A stretch of DNA of 64,000 nucleotides from NCBI GenBank assembly GCA_965112155.1, contig OZ218102.1. One strand, 5' to 3'. Origin of the DNA: Podarcis liolepis. Taxonomy: Eukaryota. A program made the position numbers and the translations under genes. This document shows positions 51,578 through 64,000 of this stretch, in pieces. How positions within the stretch are numbered: the first letter of the stretch is position 1; every line of letters begins with the position of its first letter. The notes beneath the pieces are model-generated. The model was given only the letters and a program-made list of their open reading frames with translations. It searched no databases and had not been told where the DNA came from.

Positions 51578-52584
51578 TTATTATTTGTACCCCACCCATC
51601 TGGCTGGGTTTCCCCAGCCACTCTGGGCGGCTTCCACAGAAACCAAAAAACACTAAAATATCATACATTAAAAGCTTCCCTGAATAGGGCCATCTTAAGA
51701 TGTCTTCTGAATGTCAGGTAGTTGTCCATCACCTTGACATCCGATGGGAGGGCATTCCACAGGGCGGGCGCCACCACCGAAAAGGCCCTCTGCCTGGTTC
51801 CCTGTAGCTTCGCTTCTCGCAATGAGGGAACCGCCAGAAGGCCCTCGGCGCTGGACCTCAGTGTCCGGGCAGAACGATGGGGGTGGAGACGCTCCTTCAG
51901 GTATACTGGGCCGAAGCTGTTTAGGGCTTTAAAGGTCAACACCAGCACTTTGAATTGTGCTCGGAAACGTACTGGGAGCCAATGTAGGTCTTTCAAGACC
52001 GGTGTTATGTGGTCTCGGCGGCCGCCCCCAGTCACCAGTCTAGCTGCCGCATTCTGGATTAGCTGTAGTTTCCGAGTCACCTTCAAAGGTAGCCCCACGT
52101 AGAGCGCATTGCAGTAGTCCAAGCGGGAGATAACTAGAGCATGCACCACTCTGGCCAGACAGTCCGCGGGCAGGTAGGGTCTCAGCCTGCGTACCAGGTG
52201 GAGTTGGTAGACAGCTGCCCTGGATACAGAATTGACCTGCGCCTCCATGGACAGCTGTGAGTCCAAAATGACTCCCAGGCTACGCACCTGGTCCTTCAGG
52301 GGCACAGTTACCCTATTCAGGACCAGGGAGTCCTCCACACCAGCCCGCCCCCTGTCCCCCAAAAACAGTACTTCTGTCTTGTCAGGATTCAACTTCAATC
52401 CATTAGCCGCCATCCATCCTCCAACCGCCTCCAGGCACTCACACAGGACCTTCACCGCCTTCACTGGTTCTGATTTGAAAGAAAGGTAGAGCTGGGTATC
52501 ATCTGCATATTGATGGACACCCAGTCCAAACCCCCTGATGATCTCTCCCAGCGGCTTCATATAGATGTTAAAAAGCATGGGGGA
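51533..52584 (-). mobile_element. Young 5'-truncated L2-clade LINE with unbroken RT C-terminal ORF and (TTA)n tail
   Basis: ORF 51661..52578 (305 aa): LFNIYM, QYADDTQLY, LKLNPDKTE, SRLDYCN, LHWLPVRFR, LWNALP; 3' UTR stem-loop at 51601-51620; (AAT)n at 51533-51576; CpG-rich. Confidence 0.95.
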
Positions 52585-53179
52585 ATTAACTGGAAAGCAC
52601 TCTCACTTTGCCAAGACAAAATATTGGATCCTGCAAAAAGCTAATGAAGTGTGGACTGCTCAAAGTTCCAGCCACTCCATTCCATTCCATTCCTCCCCTG
52701 AACAACAATATTCTGTACCTACTTAGTATGCTCAGTTCTCATTGGACTGTTTTGGGGTCCTTCCCCTTAAGAGTTATTTCAGAAGGGTGTGGGTGGGTGT
52801 GCATGCACGCACACGCACACACACACACACATTTTTCTGCAAACCTTAGGGTTCCGCAAACCTGCTGATGCCTGCCTCTTCTGCACTGATGGTGCTATTT
52901 TGGCTACATAAGGTGATTGCACAATATGACAGAGTACAATGGACATATGTAGGGGTGAAGACCAGTGCTATAGTCTTCATAAATGTGAAGGTGTGGCTGC
53001 ATAAGTTCTGGCACCTCTAGCTCTCTGACAGTAGTAGGCTGCCTTTATTGCTCTGTAACACAATATGCTTTTAGGATCTGAATACCACCATTAGCAGCAA
53101 ATTGGCTACTGCTTAGAGTAAAACTGGGATTGCTCAGACCAAAACCCAATAAACTGGGTTGCTGGAATGTCATCCCATG

Positions 53180-53325
53180 CAGTGGCGTAGCGTGGGGGTG
53201 CAGGGGGGGCCGGCCGCACCGGGCGCAACATCTGGGGGTTAGGGTTAGGGGGCGCAAATCCATGGGTTAGGGGGCGCAAATTACTTGCCTTGCCCCGGGT
53301 GCTGACAACCCACGCTACGCCACTG
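53180..53325. mobile_element. Young GC-rich hAT MITE with internal TTAGGG repeats
   Basis: Perfect 17-bp TIR CAGTGGCGTAGCGTGGG; perfect 8-bp TSD ATCCCATG at 53172-53179 and 53326-53333. Confidence 0.93.
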
Positions 53326-55234
53326 ATCCCATGCAGTGCCTTCCTAACCCCTGCAAGCTAGAGCTTAGCCAATAAATTGTAGCAAGGACTACAATTTTTA
53401 TTTTTTTATTTATTAATGTACGCATGTTAATTACATACCACTTGCTAGACAAATATTTAAAAAGATTGCATGAAAATATTAAATGAATAAGCATGAAAGC
53501 AATATAAGAAAACAGTCAAGACAAGCTATGAGGGGGAGGGGAATTTTTTTGAAAACTAAAGAGCAAGACAGTTCCTGAGTAGCTTTGTGGTGGCACTTTG
53601 GGGAAGAAGAAACCATCGCAGCTGGAACACTGGTAGTCAGCTCTCTTTTACTAAGCATTACTGTGGAGGCATAAGAATGGGATGATCTGGGTCAGCAGCA
53701 GGTACACATATACACCACAAATGTCTCAAGAGGTTCAGAGAGGCAGAATCCTCCACAAAATATACTCATACTCCCCACAGCTATCTCCTTGGGCTATGTC
53801 CACTCAAAACCTGAAGAGAACTACTCTTAACCAACCCCTTCAACTCTTCCTGGAAATAGTAAGGAAGAATTTCCAAACCCTGTCTTGGGACCTCAGAGGA
53901 AATGCATTCCCTGTGGCTGTTGGGCAACCGTTTTTCCAATAAACATTAAGCAAATAAATCTAATAAATACTTTTACTCTGAGCAGAAGCCAATTTTCTGT
54001 TAATGGTGCTATTTAGATCCTAAAAGCATATTGTGTTACCCAGCAATAAAGCTTCCAAATGCAGCCCACAACTTTCAATGAGCTACAGGTGCCAAATTAA
54101 GGACCAAATTACTAGTCTGGTTTAAATGAGGACCTGGAGAAGCTAAAAACGGTCAGGGAAAATGGTCGACAAATAATTCCACTAGGATTCTAAGTAAAAT
54201 CTATAGTAGGAAATTCGTTTCATCGTTAAATTTCCAGCTTCAGCAAGTCCTCTGAAAGCTGTTCTCTGAATCCAGAAATTAATAAAACTGTTTCTCTAAA
54301 CATGCAGAAAATCTATTCTTTTGGCTAATATGTATTAAAACATTTGGATAATTAAATGCATAATGGAAATGTCTGTTCTATTAAGTAGAAGGAAATCTGA
54401 GAACTTCTTTCCAAAACACATTCTAATGCAGTGATTGTAATATGCAAAGATGAATGAAGGCTTACTTCCAAACAAGATAGTGCCAGTAGCACAGAGACTT
54501 CTGCAAGGCAGTGGAATGGCAGCCTGGCAGGATGGAAGTAGAAGAAGACTTCCTGTTGTCTGACCTCCTGACCTTAAGGTAACAGGAAATGGGTTTAAAC
54601 ACTTAATACCACCAGTCACTTTCAAGGAGCACATGTTCCTCTCTCAGAAATGTAAAGTTTGGAGGCAATGTGTTAACCGCTTGCTGAGCCATGTGCTCCG
54701 GTGTAATGACAGATGAAAGGGGAGGTCAGATTTACTAAGTGCTGAGGAGGTGTCATCAAGAGATGCATATTACTTCAAGATGTGTCTCCACCAGCAGTCG
54801 GGGCCATTCAAGTAATTCACAGAAAGGAGACTGTTTCACCTATTGGGAGTTTTAGAATTCTAGAACGGGTGGAAGAAAAGACTTCAGTTCAAAACTGAGC
54901 TCAGAGACTGGCTACACATTACACTCACCACAAAGAGTATGTTGAGAGTTCTGAAAGCTCCCCAGAGGGAGTGGGGAGCAGATTGTAGGTTAACACAAGA
55001 GCCACTGGCAGCCATTCTCCCTCCCGCCCTTTTTCTCCCCTTTTATATCTTCGCACAGCTGTTAATTTCCCTACCCCCAACTCCTAGAGAAATTTAGATG
55101 CTACGAGAAGAACAATGGAAGTAGAGCCATCCCTTGTTCCTTGTGTGTTTGTGCATGATTACATCTTGCTTTCTCTGCCTATCTCCACCTGCAGAATTGT
55201 CAACAGGCAACATACTTGATGTGGCAATGTGAGG

Positions 55235-55360
55235 GAAGGCTTTGCGTTAGAGCATCTGCCTCCCATTCAGAAGGTCCCAGGTTCAATCCCTGCCATCTCC
55301 AAGTACAGCTGGGAGAGACCCCTGCCTGAAACCCTGGAGAGCTGTTGTCAGGCAGTGTGG
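55235..55360 (+). mobile_element. tRNA-derived SINE (Squam3-like)
   Basis: tagagcatctgc...cagaaggtcccaggttcaatccc (B-box GGTTCAATCC) followed by the SINE body gcctgaaaccctggagagctg. Confidence 0.75.
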
Positions 55361-55504
55361 TGAAGATGCTTGCTCCTATGCATCCTATGTAACTTTTCAC
55401 GTTGTGAGCATAATGTACAGCCAGCTCTCCCTTTCCTACTTTGTCTTTTCTTAAGGAAGCCGGAAAGGAAATTTAATACATTGCACCACATCACACATGT
55501 AGAA

Positions 55505-55644
55505 AAAGTGGTATGGAACCTGTGGTCCTCTGAGATGTTGTTGTAATCCAATTCCCATCGGCCCCAGCCAGCTCAATCAGTGGCGTGGGATGGTGGGAGT
55601 TGCAGTCTAGCAACATCTGGAAGGCCACAGGTTCCTCATTCCTG
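55505..55644. mobile_element. Family A hAT MITE
   Basis: ggaacctgtgg...agatgttg / caacatct...ccacaggttcc; degenerate TSD atgtagaa / atacagaa. Confidence 0.8.
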
Positions 55645-57207
55645 ATACAGAATTCCCATGTCCTGCAACAAACCTTACTTATGTGACCATCAGAAGTCTG
55701 GCCTCTGTGGCCTCTATGCGCTAAATGCATTACCCCTCCTCATTCATACATACACCACAAGTGGGAATTTCCTGACAAATAGCCTAAGGCAGTGGCAGTC
55801 TAGACAAGACTGACAAATTACTGCAACTGCTGGAGGAAAACAAGGTGTGGTGTATATACCTATGGCCATTGGCATGAAAGCTTTTTCCTGCTCCTGGAGG
55901 ACGGCTGACCAGTTATAGGGGTAGAGATGGAGAAAACTAGAGAAAGAAAAAGTTTCCTGCTCAAGGAAAGCCAATCTGTATGTTATATTGAAGATCCATA
56001 ACTGGATCTCATGACATACTGGTTTCGACTTGAAAGTTGGCTCTGGCAGAGGGTCCAAATTAGATCAGAGCAGTGATTGTGGCAGACAACACATTCAGCC
56101 CTAACCCCTACTGTGCTGTCCAGAGCTGGACAAGAGGCCTACAGGACACAATGGGGCAAGGCAGCAAGGTGGGTCAGTGGCTGCAGCACCATGGAAAGCT
56201 CCAAGTGACCAAGATCTACACTCTACATTTAAAGCATATTCGGCACAAATTTAAAGCACATGACTCTAAAGCAAAAACTTTAAAGCAAAGAATCCTTGGG
56301 ACTGTCATTTGTTAAGGATGCTGAAAATGGTAGCTCTGTGAGAGGAAAGCTACAGTTCCCAGGATTCTTTGGGGGGGGAGGACTGTACTGAAGCTTTTGG
56401 TGACTCCACAGCCAGATCACCCTTCCCAGGCTCAGCACCTTGCTTGAAGATTGGAATGTTTTAAAACATCTGGCTTGGAGCCTAGCCCTCCTCTTTCTCT
56501 CTGACAACTCCTTCCAGGCTTGTAGTCTATGCTGAGGGGATAACCCGGCATTGTGAGTCCTTGGTGTATGTGTTAATTTGTCAGAGGGTACAAGCTTTAA
56601 GAGGACAGAATCCAAAGAGCCCAAGTCAGGGATTTCCTGGCTCAAATGCCCCAATCCATCAGACTTGGGCTCTGTCTCGGGCCTGGTCTAGGTCAGTTCC
56701 AGCACCTCTGCATTTGGTGCCATTGATCTGATGATCTAGCTGCCCCTCTTTATCCAAAAAAAGAGTAAGATTCCAGGCTGCCAAATTTGGAGTCCCAGTA
56801 CCTGTGCTATTTATTTATCTGACATAAGCCTCACATCATATACACACATCTGCTAATTGCTGCATTTTTCTCCAGTGCTTCTTATTACACTGGAGATTCA
56901 GATCTATGATGTTGCTTTTAAGGGGAAAAGAAGATCAGACATTTGACCATGGATCTCCTGCACTGTTTGGCCCATGGCTTCCCCTTCTTCCATTGCTGAC
57001 AATGTGTGGTACAGCCTGCAGAATTTCCTTACAGGAAGAAGAAACACTCCACACTACAGTGCTCAGAGCCACAATTTTTTTTCCAGAAAGACAAGGGGGA
57101 AGGAAAAGAGGAAAATGAAATTCAGTAAGTTGGTCTGCGCAGAGATACAAGATCTGTAAGTATATGGAGTCCCAGCTAGTTCTGGCTTTTAACCTACAAG
57201 ATCCTCT

Positions 57208-57265
57208 TCTTTCCTTTCCGTTCCTTTCCTTTCCTTTCCTTTCCTTTCCTTTCCTTTCCTTTCTT
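57208..57265. repeat. (TTTCC)n polypyrimidine microsatellite
   Basis: Direct observation. Confidence 0.9.
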
Positions 57266-58069
57266 TCTCTACCCCCCTCCCCTCCATTGAGATGTGTGGA
57301 AATATAGCCTAAACACAGTGTAGCAGCTCTTGTATTCTTTTTAGGCCTAAATAAATCACTTCTAACTATTGAACTGGGAATTATTATCCTTCCCTAGCCA
57401 CACACTTATGGAAATGACAGGCCAAGGTTTGGCTTTCTGGGTTTTTTTCTTCTTTTTCAATAAAAGGTTAAATGTTCTTAGTAGTTAAGAGAAGATTTAT
57501 GTTTTACCGTGTTCGCCCTTCCGTTATTAATTGTTACCACGGGGCCTTTGGAGTAGGTGAGCCAACCACATACACATGGCCCTATATAATTATACAAGCC
57601 ACAAAACTATCATAAGTCCAAGAGATAAGTGGTGCATATATCAGGAATGCAACATGTGTGTGTGCGTGTCTGTGAGAGCATGCAGGGATAGGACATACAA
57701 CACCGGACATTGGAAGAATCCATACTGAATGAAACTCTGTTAATAGTCTTTGCCAAATTGTTTGGCACCATGACAGAGCATACTCCAACTTTGTGTAGAC
57801 TCCAAGACAAACAAGACCCTTCAGGAAAGACAGATACTGCAGTTTTGCTCCCAGTCCAATTTTGCACATGCCTCTTTCTTTATGCAAAAACAGCCAAAAC
57901 AAAATTCATGCTCTTGATATTAATTGGATGTCTGAAATAGTTTTTTTAACCAAGAGTAAGATTTCAAACAGACAGATATTTATGCATAACATTTTTTTGC
58001 TATTATGGTAGCCTAATGTTTTCTACACAACATTATACAACTGTCTGTTGAGAAGGAAGATACTGGGAA

Positions 58070-58170
58070 CTAGTGCTATTTTTCTAGAAAAAGTGGTGCT
58101 GGGGCTCACCATGAACTTCTCCCTTGTTCTCTTAGAAGGGCAATGGCACCTACCTGAAAAAAAGCCCTGC
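58070..58170. mobile_element. Internally deleted hAT-like MITE remnant
   Basis: tagtgctatttttct ... gaaaaaaagccctg imperfect inverted ends. Confidence 0.45.
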
Positions 58171-60188
58171 TGGGAACTGCAAGGTGCTACATTAATTATG
58201 AACTGCCCTGTTGATTACTGCTAAGCTGGTGTTAAATTTAACATGCAACTTACCAGCCACATCTGCCCTAAGAATGCAAATGATTCACAAGGCACCTCTT
58301 TAAAGTGGGCTGTAGTTACTAACTATGGGAGCTAAAGTTAGCATAGTTGTAGATTTCATTTGACCTTGGACATAATCTAGTCTTATGTCCTACTTTACTA
58401 TTCCCCATGGTACAAGTTCTAATACATGTATACAGATAAACCTATTTTCCATAAGATTTGGGGAAATGAAGTGGGAATGCTATAGGTGCATATATCTGCC
58501 AGATGAATGTGGCTACCCGACATGTGCTAAGCTGTTAGATTGCCCCCCCCCTCTTTTTTGCAGTGAAACCCACCTGCAAAATTATGGTTGTGACAAATCA
58601 CCAAAATTCCATTTGGCTCAATTTAGCATGTAGGCATGTTTGCTCAGGTCAAAATGTGAACAGGAAACAGCAGCTGGCGGTTACACAACTAGCTCAGCAT
58701 GAACTCATTAACAAATTACAGTGCCACAGGAATGCCGAATTTGGTGTTGGAAATCACTTTCTTTTGATTGCTTTTTAAATGAAATTTTCTAGTCCCTATT
58801 GATGTAAAGATAGGTTTGTATATTTGGGGGCAATGCCAAAAAAGACAGTCTTGAAGTCGATAGAATCCCCCCAGTTTTCTCTGGAAACATTATGGGAGTC
58901 ACTGGTTTTCTATCCAGGTATCTTCTGAAATTTTGCCCTCCATGCTCTCTTACTCATCCTTCCTGAATCCATTTGAAATTCCAAATGCCACAGTTCCAGA
59001 AAGAAACTTATTAGAATCTGGTGGGTTTCTTTGGCTCCTCAGTTTCTGATGACATAGTATGTCATGTCATGGATATACTAAGGTTATCATCACACTGTGT
59101 CACTACAGAAAGTATCTGCACAGGCAGCAAAGCTTTCAGATCTGTGATGCAACCAGCTTTACGCAGTAGCTAGGATCAAAGCTTCCAGATGTGCTGGTAA
59201 GATTGCATTCAGTCTTCTTTCTTCAGAAATATAGTTTTTGGATGCCTCATAAAAAAGTTACAGATTAATTTGGTCCCAGCTTTATGTTGGGTGGTTAATG
59301 AAGAACTATGGCATTGAGAATAATGGCCAAACCATGCAAAAAATATAAAGCAGGAGTACCAGTACTAGGGGCCCTGAGACTCTGCACTGGAGAAAAAAGG
59401 AATCACAATTTTCCATAACTGGGGTGATAAAATAAAAAACAAAATACTCATGAAAGGTTAGCAGTTGCAGGAGGACAGTTACAGGATGACATTTGCTGGG
59501 CAAGTTTAGAAATGAACTTGTAAGAGAATGGAAACAGAGGGTTCTGATGGACATTCATATAAATAGACCTGTTCATTAATTTTAGCTGTTGCCTAAGTAT
59601 CTCATCTTGTACTCACTAGCCTATAAGGCTTACAGAGAAGCAATGCAGAAAGGGTCAAGGCCCTTGGCGTACAATAAAGCAGAAGCAAGAACGCTTCGAA
59701 GTTAGAGCTGGTGTTAACATGGAGGCATTTTCCAAGTCAAAAGAAGAGACTTCTCCCCACAATCAGACTTAAGGCTTCTGGGTTTGAGATTTGTTGGTTT
59801 TACAAATGACACTTAGAGTGCATTTTAGTCTGAGATCTGTCAGTTGTGAGCTTTGGAATGAAGGGTCTGAATGTGGTGGCTGCCTCTTTAGCTCAATGGC
59901 TGTATTGATCAAGCCCACCCAGATCTCACTTAAGCATGTAAACACCAGGGCTTGGCACATAGTCTTACAACCATGAAGGTGGCCACTGGTCCCTTGCCCA
60001 ACAGGATTGCAGCATAAATTCAGAGGGAGCCTGCACAGGAACAAGCCCAGCAGGAGCAGGAGACAGCTGTTTCATTTCTGCTTCTCACAGAAAAAAATAT
60101 TTCCATGAAGTGTAATGTTTGGAAAATGTCTAAGATCCTAGATCATGCTTTCTTCAAATTCTACGGTCTTAGTGCTGCTGCTGTCTAT

Positions 60189-60191
<3 letters not shown>

Positions 60192-60225
<34 letters not shown>
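60192..60225. repeat. (GA)n microsatellite
   Basis: Direct observation. Confidence 0.95.
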
Positions 60226-60227
<2 letters not shown>

Positions 60228-60870
60228 AGAAAAGAATAGGGAGGCATGAGCATGTGAGACATTTGGAATGCAGAAGAATTTATAAAACATTAATGCAGTA
60301 AGGAGAGCTAGATGAAAAACATGATAAACATGATAAAGGCATTCATGATCTGCCCAGGACAGAGGCATCAATCCTGGGACAGACATAGAATAATTAAACA
60401 AAGAGAGCAGAGGTCGCAGTGCAAAGTGCAGGTGCTTTTCTTTGACCTTGAATTTCACGAGAGTTTCACAGAGACCTGCACTAAGAACAGAGACAAATGT
60501 GCTTTCAATGTGCAAGGAAAGAAGTTAATCCTTTTCAGATAGGTGATAAGGGCATTAGAGTTGCATATCTGAGCAAATAGCAGGGGCAAGACCCTGGACT
60601 TCCTGCAGAGTAGAGCTGACTCTTCAGTGGGGTAGAGAAGGCAGCTTTGCCTTAGCAGGAAAGATGTGGGGGAAAGAAAGAAACGCTTGAACAGGCAAAA
60701 TTTCTCCTGCTCAACATCTTTGCATCAACACCAATCTCCTCAAACTGTTTCCATAATTTACATGGAAAGTAAATGGTTAAGTCTACAAGGAGAGAGGGTT
60801 ATTCTGGAGGAAGGAATATGGAAGCAGAAATGGATATCTTTGGAGTTGTGCCATTTTTGCCATATGCTGA

Positions 60871-60958
60871 AGGCTGCTTCATATGTTACAATTTCCTACA
60901 CAGAGATTCATCTCCATGTAGCAAACCATGTATATATGTTGTAATGTATGAAGTGCTG
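60871..60958. mobile_element. Short foldback element
   Basis: gcttcatatgttacaa / ttgtaatgtatgaagt. The left terminus ggctgcttcatatgtta recurs at about 13422. Confidence 0.5.
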
Positions 60959-61604
60959 GAGTTTTCCTGTTGAGAATACATTGATGCTCATGTTTATAGA
61001 GGCAGTTCAATTCATGTATTCATAGTATAGGGAAATATACTGCTCTCCATACTTAAGGGGGGGGGCGTTTCCTACACTGGGATTTCATCAAAGGGAGACT
61101 AGGGACAACTGCATTTACTCCAAACTTTTCTATATCCTCATAAAAAATGACTGAGCTTTGTAGGTTTGAACAATAAAAGATAGAGAATAAGCCTCCGAAA
61201 AACTTATAATTCCTGAGAACAATTTGTCAGATGAACAAGTTGCAGAATTGCTGGCCCTGCATATATGTTTTTGGGGAAAGCACAGGCTGTATTTGGGATG
61301 CTTTGGTTTGAGGGCACCTTGCCTTGGTCAGGACTTGGACTTAGTGGCACAACATACACCTTCCCAGTTCTCTTGTGCATTTGACTCCAACTCCAACTGC
61401 TAGGATTTGGAAATGAAGCAGGGGTGGAGAAGAGTCCTAACAGATAGAGAAATTACGAACCCCACAGCCCTCACTACTGATGGATCTCACATTTCTGGAC
61501 AAAGCCACTGTGTGGTTATCGTCACTAGCTTTCTTGTAAGTGCCTCCCCTCAAAAAAATGGTGAAACTGTGCTGAGGCTTTTAAAGCCATAGTGAGCCCA
61601 CAGT

Positions 61605-61902
61605 CAGGACTGGCCCAAGATATTATGTGGCCTGAGGTAAATTACAAGATTGGATCCCCTCCCAATTTCATGTACGGAGTATGACTAGACTGGCAGTTGA
61701 ATCTTACTTCAACCCTGGTGATGGGATAGCATGCTCCACCACACCTGAGGCACTAGAACAGATTTGGGGAGGCAGGAGAGGCCATGTAACCACAGAGGGG
61801 AATGGCTGGGGCTTGGAACAACCAGGAGCTGATACTGCTGCCCCTGAGCATCTGCCACCCAAGGCAGTTGCCTCACTCTGCTTAAAGGTAGGGCTGGCCC
61901 TG
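61605..61902. mobile_element. Older hAT-like non-autonomous element (about 300 bp)
   Basis: caggactggccc ... gggctggccctg termini; TSD no longer clear. Confidence 0.6.
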
Positions 61903-64000
61903 TTCACCGAAAGGACTGTCTTTTCTGCAGCCTTGCATCCAAGGGCCTGTAAGAGGCCCTGCTCCTTCTCTAAGAACAGTATGTGCTTGGGCAAACTGAC
62001 AAGGGAAATGAAATGTACATTTCCTTTCTGAGACTAGGAAGGGCCAGCTAGTGGGCAGAGCATTCATGCTGCCTGAAACCTGCCCTAGACTGGGAATAGC
62101 TTCTGTGTTGATAAAAGTAATATATGAAGCAGCCCTGGGAGAAGATTCCATTGCTGGGAAACCACCAGATGTAGTGTAGCGAACTTGCTGCCAGTCAACT
62201 ATTTGGCTGTGTACCAAAGCTGGACAATGCGGGCTGTGTGGTCCCCAGATAGGCAACAGCCATAAAATTAAAAGAAAAAAATTCTGAGAGGCCAAGGAGA
62301 AGGGAAAAGAATGTAGGCTGGGGAACTGCCTGAGGCCAAAGACACAGCAGAATAGGCAAACTCCTTACATGGATGGCAACAGTTCCGGATACAAGGTCAA
62401 CTTGGAGAACCTCTGGTACAGGTTTGAGTTTACAGATTATCTTTTAGTCCAACCACAGATGGGATCAGAGAAACTCCCTAGAAGCTGTGTTTCCAGGACT
62501 GTGGGGGCCTATACCAACAGGAAGGGGGTAGAAACCTCCCAACATGTGCAAAAGGCCCACTATTAAGCCTGCCTTGGAAAAGCAGAGGTGATATGACAGA
62601 AACATTTGAGAAGATGCACAGCCAAACTCCCCTTGCTCCCACACTAGGCAGTAGGGGTGAATTAAACACACAGGCCCCAGGCCAAGCCAGGGCCTTGCAC
62701 CATACGGTTCCTATCTGGCCATGTCACACACTATTAAACCCAGATCAGAAACAGGATCTGGGAGAATGGAACATACTGAGCCTAGGACATCACAAGCTTC
62801 TTCTCCTATAAATAGGAACCATTTTCCAGTAGAGAGCAACTCTCACATTTTTTTTGGCAGTGAATTGGCCAATAAAAGCAGATGAAGATTATCCTATTAC
62901 CATCATTTTAAATACAGAGCAGTTAACTCCACTGCAATAGAATTTAACCCCATTGCCTCCTGGACCCTGGACTCGGGTAGGGCTGGGAGAAAACCTCCCA
63001 GAAATCTGTATTCTCTGCAGACGACTTCAGCCTTATCCAACAATGTTTCACAACACGATGGCATGAGCAAAACAATGTCCAGCTTGCTCCAGAATTGCAA
63101 TGCAAGCTTGTTGACACTTTCGAGTTACTGGGAAAAATTAACAAAAACACGTGCAACTTGTAAATGAGGGGGAAAACATGAAGAGCAGCTTCCAAACAGG
63201 TGCAGCTGATTATCCCAGGCAAATGTGCCTGTAAAAGGAGGGGGGAGAACATTTTCTTCACAAATTTTAAGAGCACTACAGACTTCCAGATAATAGGAAA
63301 TCCCTGAAGCTTTCAAAAAGTGTTTTCTCATACAGTGTACCTGGTGTGACAGCTGCTTCTTTGCAGCTATGGGGGAGTTGTGGTTTTCCATTTGTGAAAA
63401 TTCAAGTGAAATCTATCATTTTTTGGAAAGCTACTACTAGGTCCCGGGGTTCTCAAATATCTTTACAGGTTGAACACTTGGAAAGAATTCAAGGCTCCAA
63501 TCAGTGCTGGAATATGGGGAAGTGTTTAACTCTAAGAAACAGTATATAAAATAAGCTGTTCCTCTGCTTGATGATTATTTCAGGATTGACTAATGACTTG
63601 TCCTGGTGCCAGACACCTTCAAGATGGCTCAGGAGGCTCGTTTTCTAAAGTTTGTGTCCATGGCATTCCATCAAATGGAGACTCTTTTCTCTGCAATACT
63701 TCTAGGGCTGGGAATTCAGAGTTGGGACAAACATAAATGAACTGTTGGACACCAAGACCAAACACTCCTAGATGTGATCATGCAATTAAATCATCGAGCA
63801 AGTCCATCTACAATGGCTGACAATTGGAGAAAGAAGCTCTTAAAAGGAAGTAAAATGTGCTCATGATGTCAGCTGCAGCCTTTGCTCAGCAATCCTTGAA
63901 TGCAAGCCAGGTTGCAGTTAGGTTGGAGGGGGGGTTCATCCCACAACTCGATCTTTGTTAGGTAAGGTGTCAGAACACTGAAGGCCACAATATTTAATCT

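Larger units (their letters stand above)
20005..64000 (-). other. HPSE2: 3' part of HPSE2 intron 3 (at least 43,996 bp; upstream exon lies outside the window)
   Basis: I recognised no exon-3-like peptide between the exon 4 acceptor and the window end. HPSE2 intron 3 is known to be very large in mammals. Confidence 0.8.

Noticed and set aside
51516-51660. aaaaa(t)cactaaaata present both flanking the L2 tail and inside its 3' UTR, as a possible TSD
   Set aside because: The second copy is internal to the element rather than at its 5' junction (about 52584), where no duplication is visible. It is AT-rich and likely coincidental.
51661-52578. 305-aa reverse transcriptase ORF as a host gene or a novel RT system (retron/DGR-like)
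   Set aside because: The motifs, 3' stem-loop, (TTA)n tail and degraded paralogues in the same window identify it as a 5'-truncated L2 LINE. The apparent start Met is an internal residue.
55235-55310. tRNA gene
   Set aside because: A B-box is present, but the A-box and cloverleaf are degraded and it continues into a SINE body found elsewhere in the window.

Overview
This is vertebrate nuclear DNA. The repeat content (L2, CR1, BovB/RTE, a tRNA-derived Squam-type SINE and many hAT or other foldback MITEs) points to a squamate, probably a lacertid-like lizard; that assignment is inference. The whole window lies inside the heparanase-2 gene (HPSE2) on the minus strand. Five internal coding exons have canonical AG/GT boundaries: 20004-19831 (174 nt), 19009-18838 (172), 10686-10639 (48), 4471-4378 (94) and 2204-2098 (107). 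They correspond to human exons 4-8 as I recall them and splice into one stop-free GH79 TIM-barrel frame. Positions 20005-64000 are part of the very long intron 3. That intron holds a young 5'-truncated L2 with an unbroken RT C-terminal ORF, a decayed Ty3/Gypsy gag, a dense TE pile-up at about 39-46 kb, several MITEs with intact TSDs (one carrying TTAGGG repeats) and repeat-poor blocks that may be regulatory. Nearly all short ORFs in the track are noise. I saw no rRNA, true tRNA, CRISPR array or prokaryotic system, and I cannot support a wholly new biological system. The best leads are the divergent HPSE2 pseudo-active-site loop and the young mobile elements.
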